Position numbers and translations under genes: made by a program. From the IMG/VR virus record IMGVR_UViG_3300033144_004328, positions 1 to 52,545 of that record: 52,545 nucleotides of DNA; one strand, given 5' to 3'. The notes below the pieces were generated by a model, which had not been told where the DNA came from, made no database searches, and saw only the letters and a program-made list of their open reading frames with translations. Source of the DNA: a virus. Lineage: Duplodnaviria > Caudoviricetes. Below, in pieces: positions 50,971 through 52,545 of this stretch; positions within the stretch are counted from its first letter, which is position 1, and every line of letters starts with the position of its first letter.

Positions 50971-51394
50971 AGCCTGGGTTGCCAAGTACATCATGATCAT
51001 CGTCACAGACCTCATTGAGAGAGCCCGCCTCCATGATGTCTCGAAGACAGAGGAGCCGGAGCTTTCGATCTTCGCGGAGTGGGGCCCGAAGCTGAAGGAG
51101 ATGGAGTACGGCTCGGTCGCGTACACAGCCGCCTTGAAGGAGATGGGCGTTGCCCTCCAGCACCACTACGAAGTGAACCGTCACCACCCAGAGCACTTCG
51201 CCGCCAATGTTCGGGGCATGAACATCGTCGACTTCGTGGAGATGATCTGTGACTGGAAGGCGGCCTCACTGCGTATGAAGAATGGCGACTTCCAGCAGAG
51301 CCTCGACAAGAACAGCCACCGGTTCCTTCTCAACCCTGGGGTCATTGCCCTCGTCATGAATACTGCGCAGCTCTTCGAGGACGAGGATGAGTGA
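50927..51394 (+). CDS. HD-like (DUF5662-like) phosphohydrolase
   Basis: H...V, ARLHDVSK, HHYEVNRHHPEH, VEMICDWKAA; AAGGAG RBS. Confidence 0.75.
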   Translation: MDAKTQSRKDTQEHRAWVAKYIMIIVTDLIERARLHDVSKTEEPELSIFAEWGPKLKEMEYGSVAYTAALKEMGVALQHHYEVNRHHPEHFAANVRGMNIVDFVEMICDWKAASLRMKNGDFQQSLDKNSHRFLLNPGVIALVMNTAQLFEDEDE

Positions 51395-52452
51395 CACGTT
51401 CACGTTCGACGAAGTCGATGTCCTGCGTGACACCGGCAAGGCTTTCTTGGTCTGGGTCGATGACTTGGGTGATGAAGTCTGGATACCGAAGGAGGCCATC
51501 GATGACGATGCCAGTGAGGTGCATGAGGAAGGTGACACCGGTGTTCTCGTCGTAGAGGGTTGGTTGGCCCGTAAGGAGGGTTGGTAATGCGGATCGTTGC
51601 AGAGGATGGAACCGTAGTCACTCAAGTACTCTTCGATGAAGTCATTCGTATGTCCAATTCGGAGCGGGCCGATATGGCTAAGCTCGTGAAGCGGTCCAGG
51701 GAGCTAGAGGCGTCGGCCAAGGCCGTCACCAGGGCCATGCAGGACAGCCTTACCCAAGCCATCAACACGGTTCGCGAGAATTTGGACAAGGCCAGGGCGG
51801 AGGAGAAGTCCATTGACCTAGGTAACTCTCATCCCCTCAAGATCAAGTGGCGGCATCGGCGTAAGGCTTTTCAGGAGGTCCTCCGTCTTCTGGAGGGTGA
51901 GTCCGCGTCGGACCGTATCACTGCTCGGGAGCTCAGGGCCGTTGGGATCGAGGTCGCAGACGACATTCCGGACTGGGCCTGGATCCGTCGAGAAGCCTTC
52001 AGACCCCATGACTGCGAGCTGCACTACCAAGAGGGCGTCGATGTAGGTGTCGTGAAGGGTGTCGTCCTCTTCGACATCATGGAGCCGTTCCAGTGGGAGC
52101 CCTACAGGAAGGGGACGGGATGAAGTGGAACGATGGTGTGAGAGAGACGCATGAGGGTCGACACCTCTTCCTCCGTCGCATGAAGGCGTTCTTGATCGAC
52201 TATCCAGCCCGGGACGAGTGGGGGAACTATGCCGACGGCCGTGCCTCAGCATGGTGCTACGGCTTCGCTCGAGGACTCTACTTCAGGGACGCCGAGCTTC
52301 ATATGGAAGAGGTCCGGCGCCGAGTCGCAGAGGGCCGTCGGAAGTACCCCGGTCTGTTGGAGGCGTTCGAGGAGTACCTAAACTCGCCTGCGATGCACAG
52401 CATGGCTCCTCAAATCCTGCCGCCTAGATGTGTTGACCCTGAGGATACGTAA
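51387..52452 (+). CDS. Three hypothetical proteins (51387-51587, 51587-52123, 52120-52452)
   Basis: Overlapping chain; the first is a small acidic beta-barrel-like protein (TGKAFL...VWIPK...WLA). Confidence 0.65.
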
Positions 52453-52456
52453 GATC

Positions 52457-52492
52457 AGGAGGCGCAAGCCTCCTTATTAGATCGGTACAAGA
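52457..52492 (+). promoter_or_regulatory. Hairpin-TTAG / promoter cassette
   Basis: AGGAGGC-GCAA-GCCTCCT TA TTAGAT CGGTACAAGA, then a leader hairpin and AAAGGAG at the window end. Confidence 0.8.
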
Positions 52493-52545
52493 TCAGTAGC
52501 GACGAATATTGCCCTAATGGTGGGCTGCAGCGTCGCAGAAAGGAG

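Noticed and set aside
1-52545. Stop-codon reassignment
   Set aside because: TAG, TGA and TAA all end genes at sensible places (TAG before terminators, ATGA overlaps) and coding density is high under code 11

Overview
A GC-rich, gene-dense segment that reads as part of a large (jumbo-type) contractile-tailed phage genome. No tRNA, rRNA, CRISPR array, integrase or transposase was recognised. Positions 1-9268 are a virion module: probable head-closure/neck protein, tail completion protein, tail sheath and tail tube, interleaved with three basic glycine-zipper proteins carrying recurring K-x-[AS] motifs. Positions 9269-10576 are a mostly non-coding island rich in G-U-supported helices, with a candidate ~450-nt structured RNA. 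Positions 10577-13878 are a short minus-strand block. Positions 13972-52545 are a long plus-strand run of small, tightly overlapping accessory genes. Recognisable ones include an H1-like basic protein, an HU-like protein, a SLOG protein, a DHH phosphoesterase, a sulfotransferase, an HD-like protein and a ubiquitin-like (-GG) protein with a Cys-containing partner. About 20 copies of a sense-oriented motif (consensus NG[GCA]TAYAAGA, often fused to hairpin-pyrimidine-TTAG) precede the non-structural transcription units. All family calls are by-eye motif recognition, not database results.
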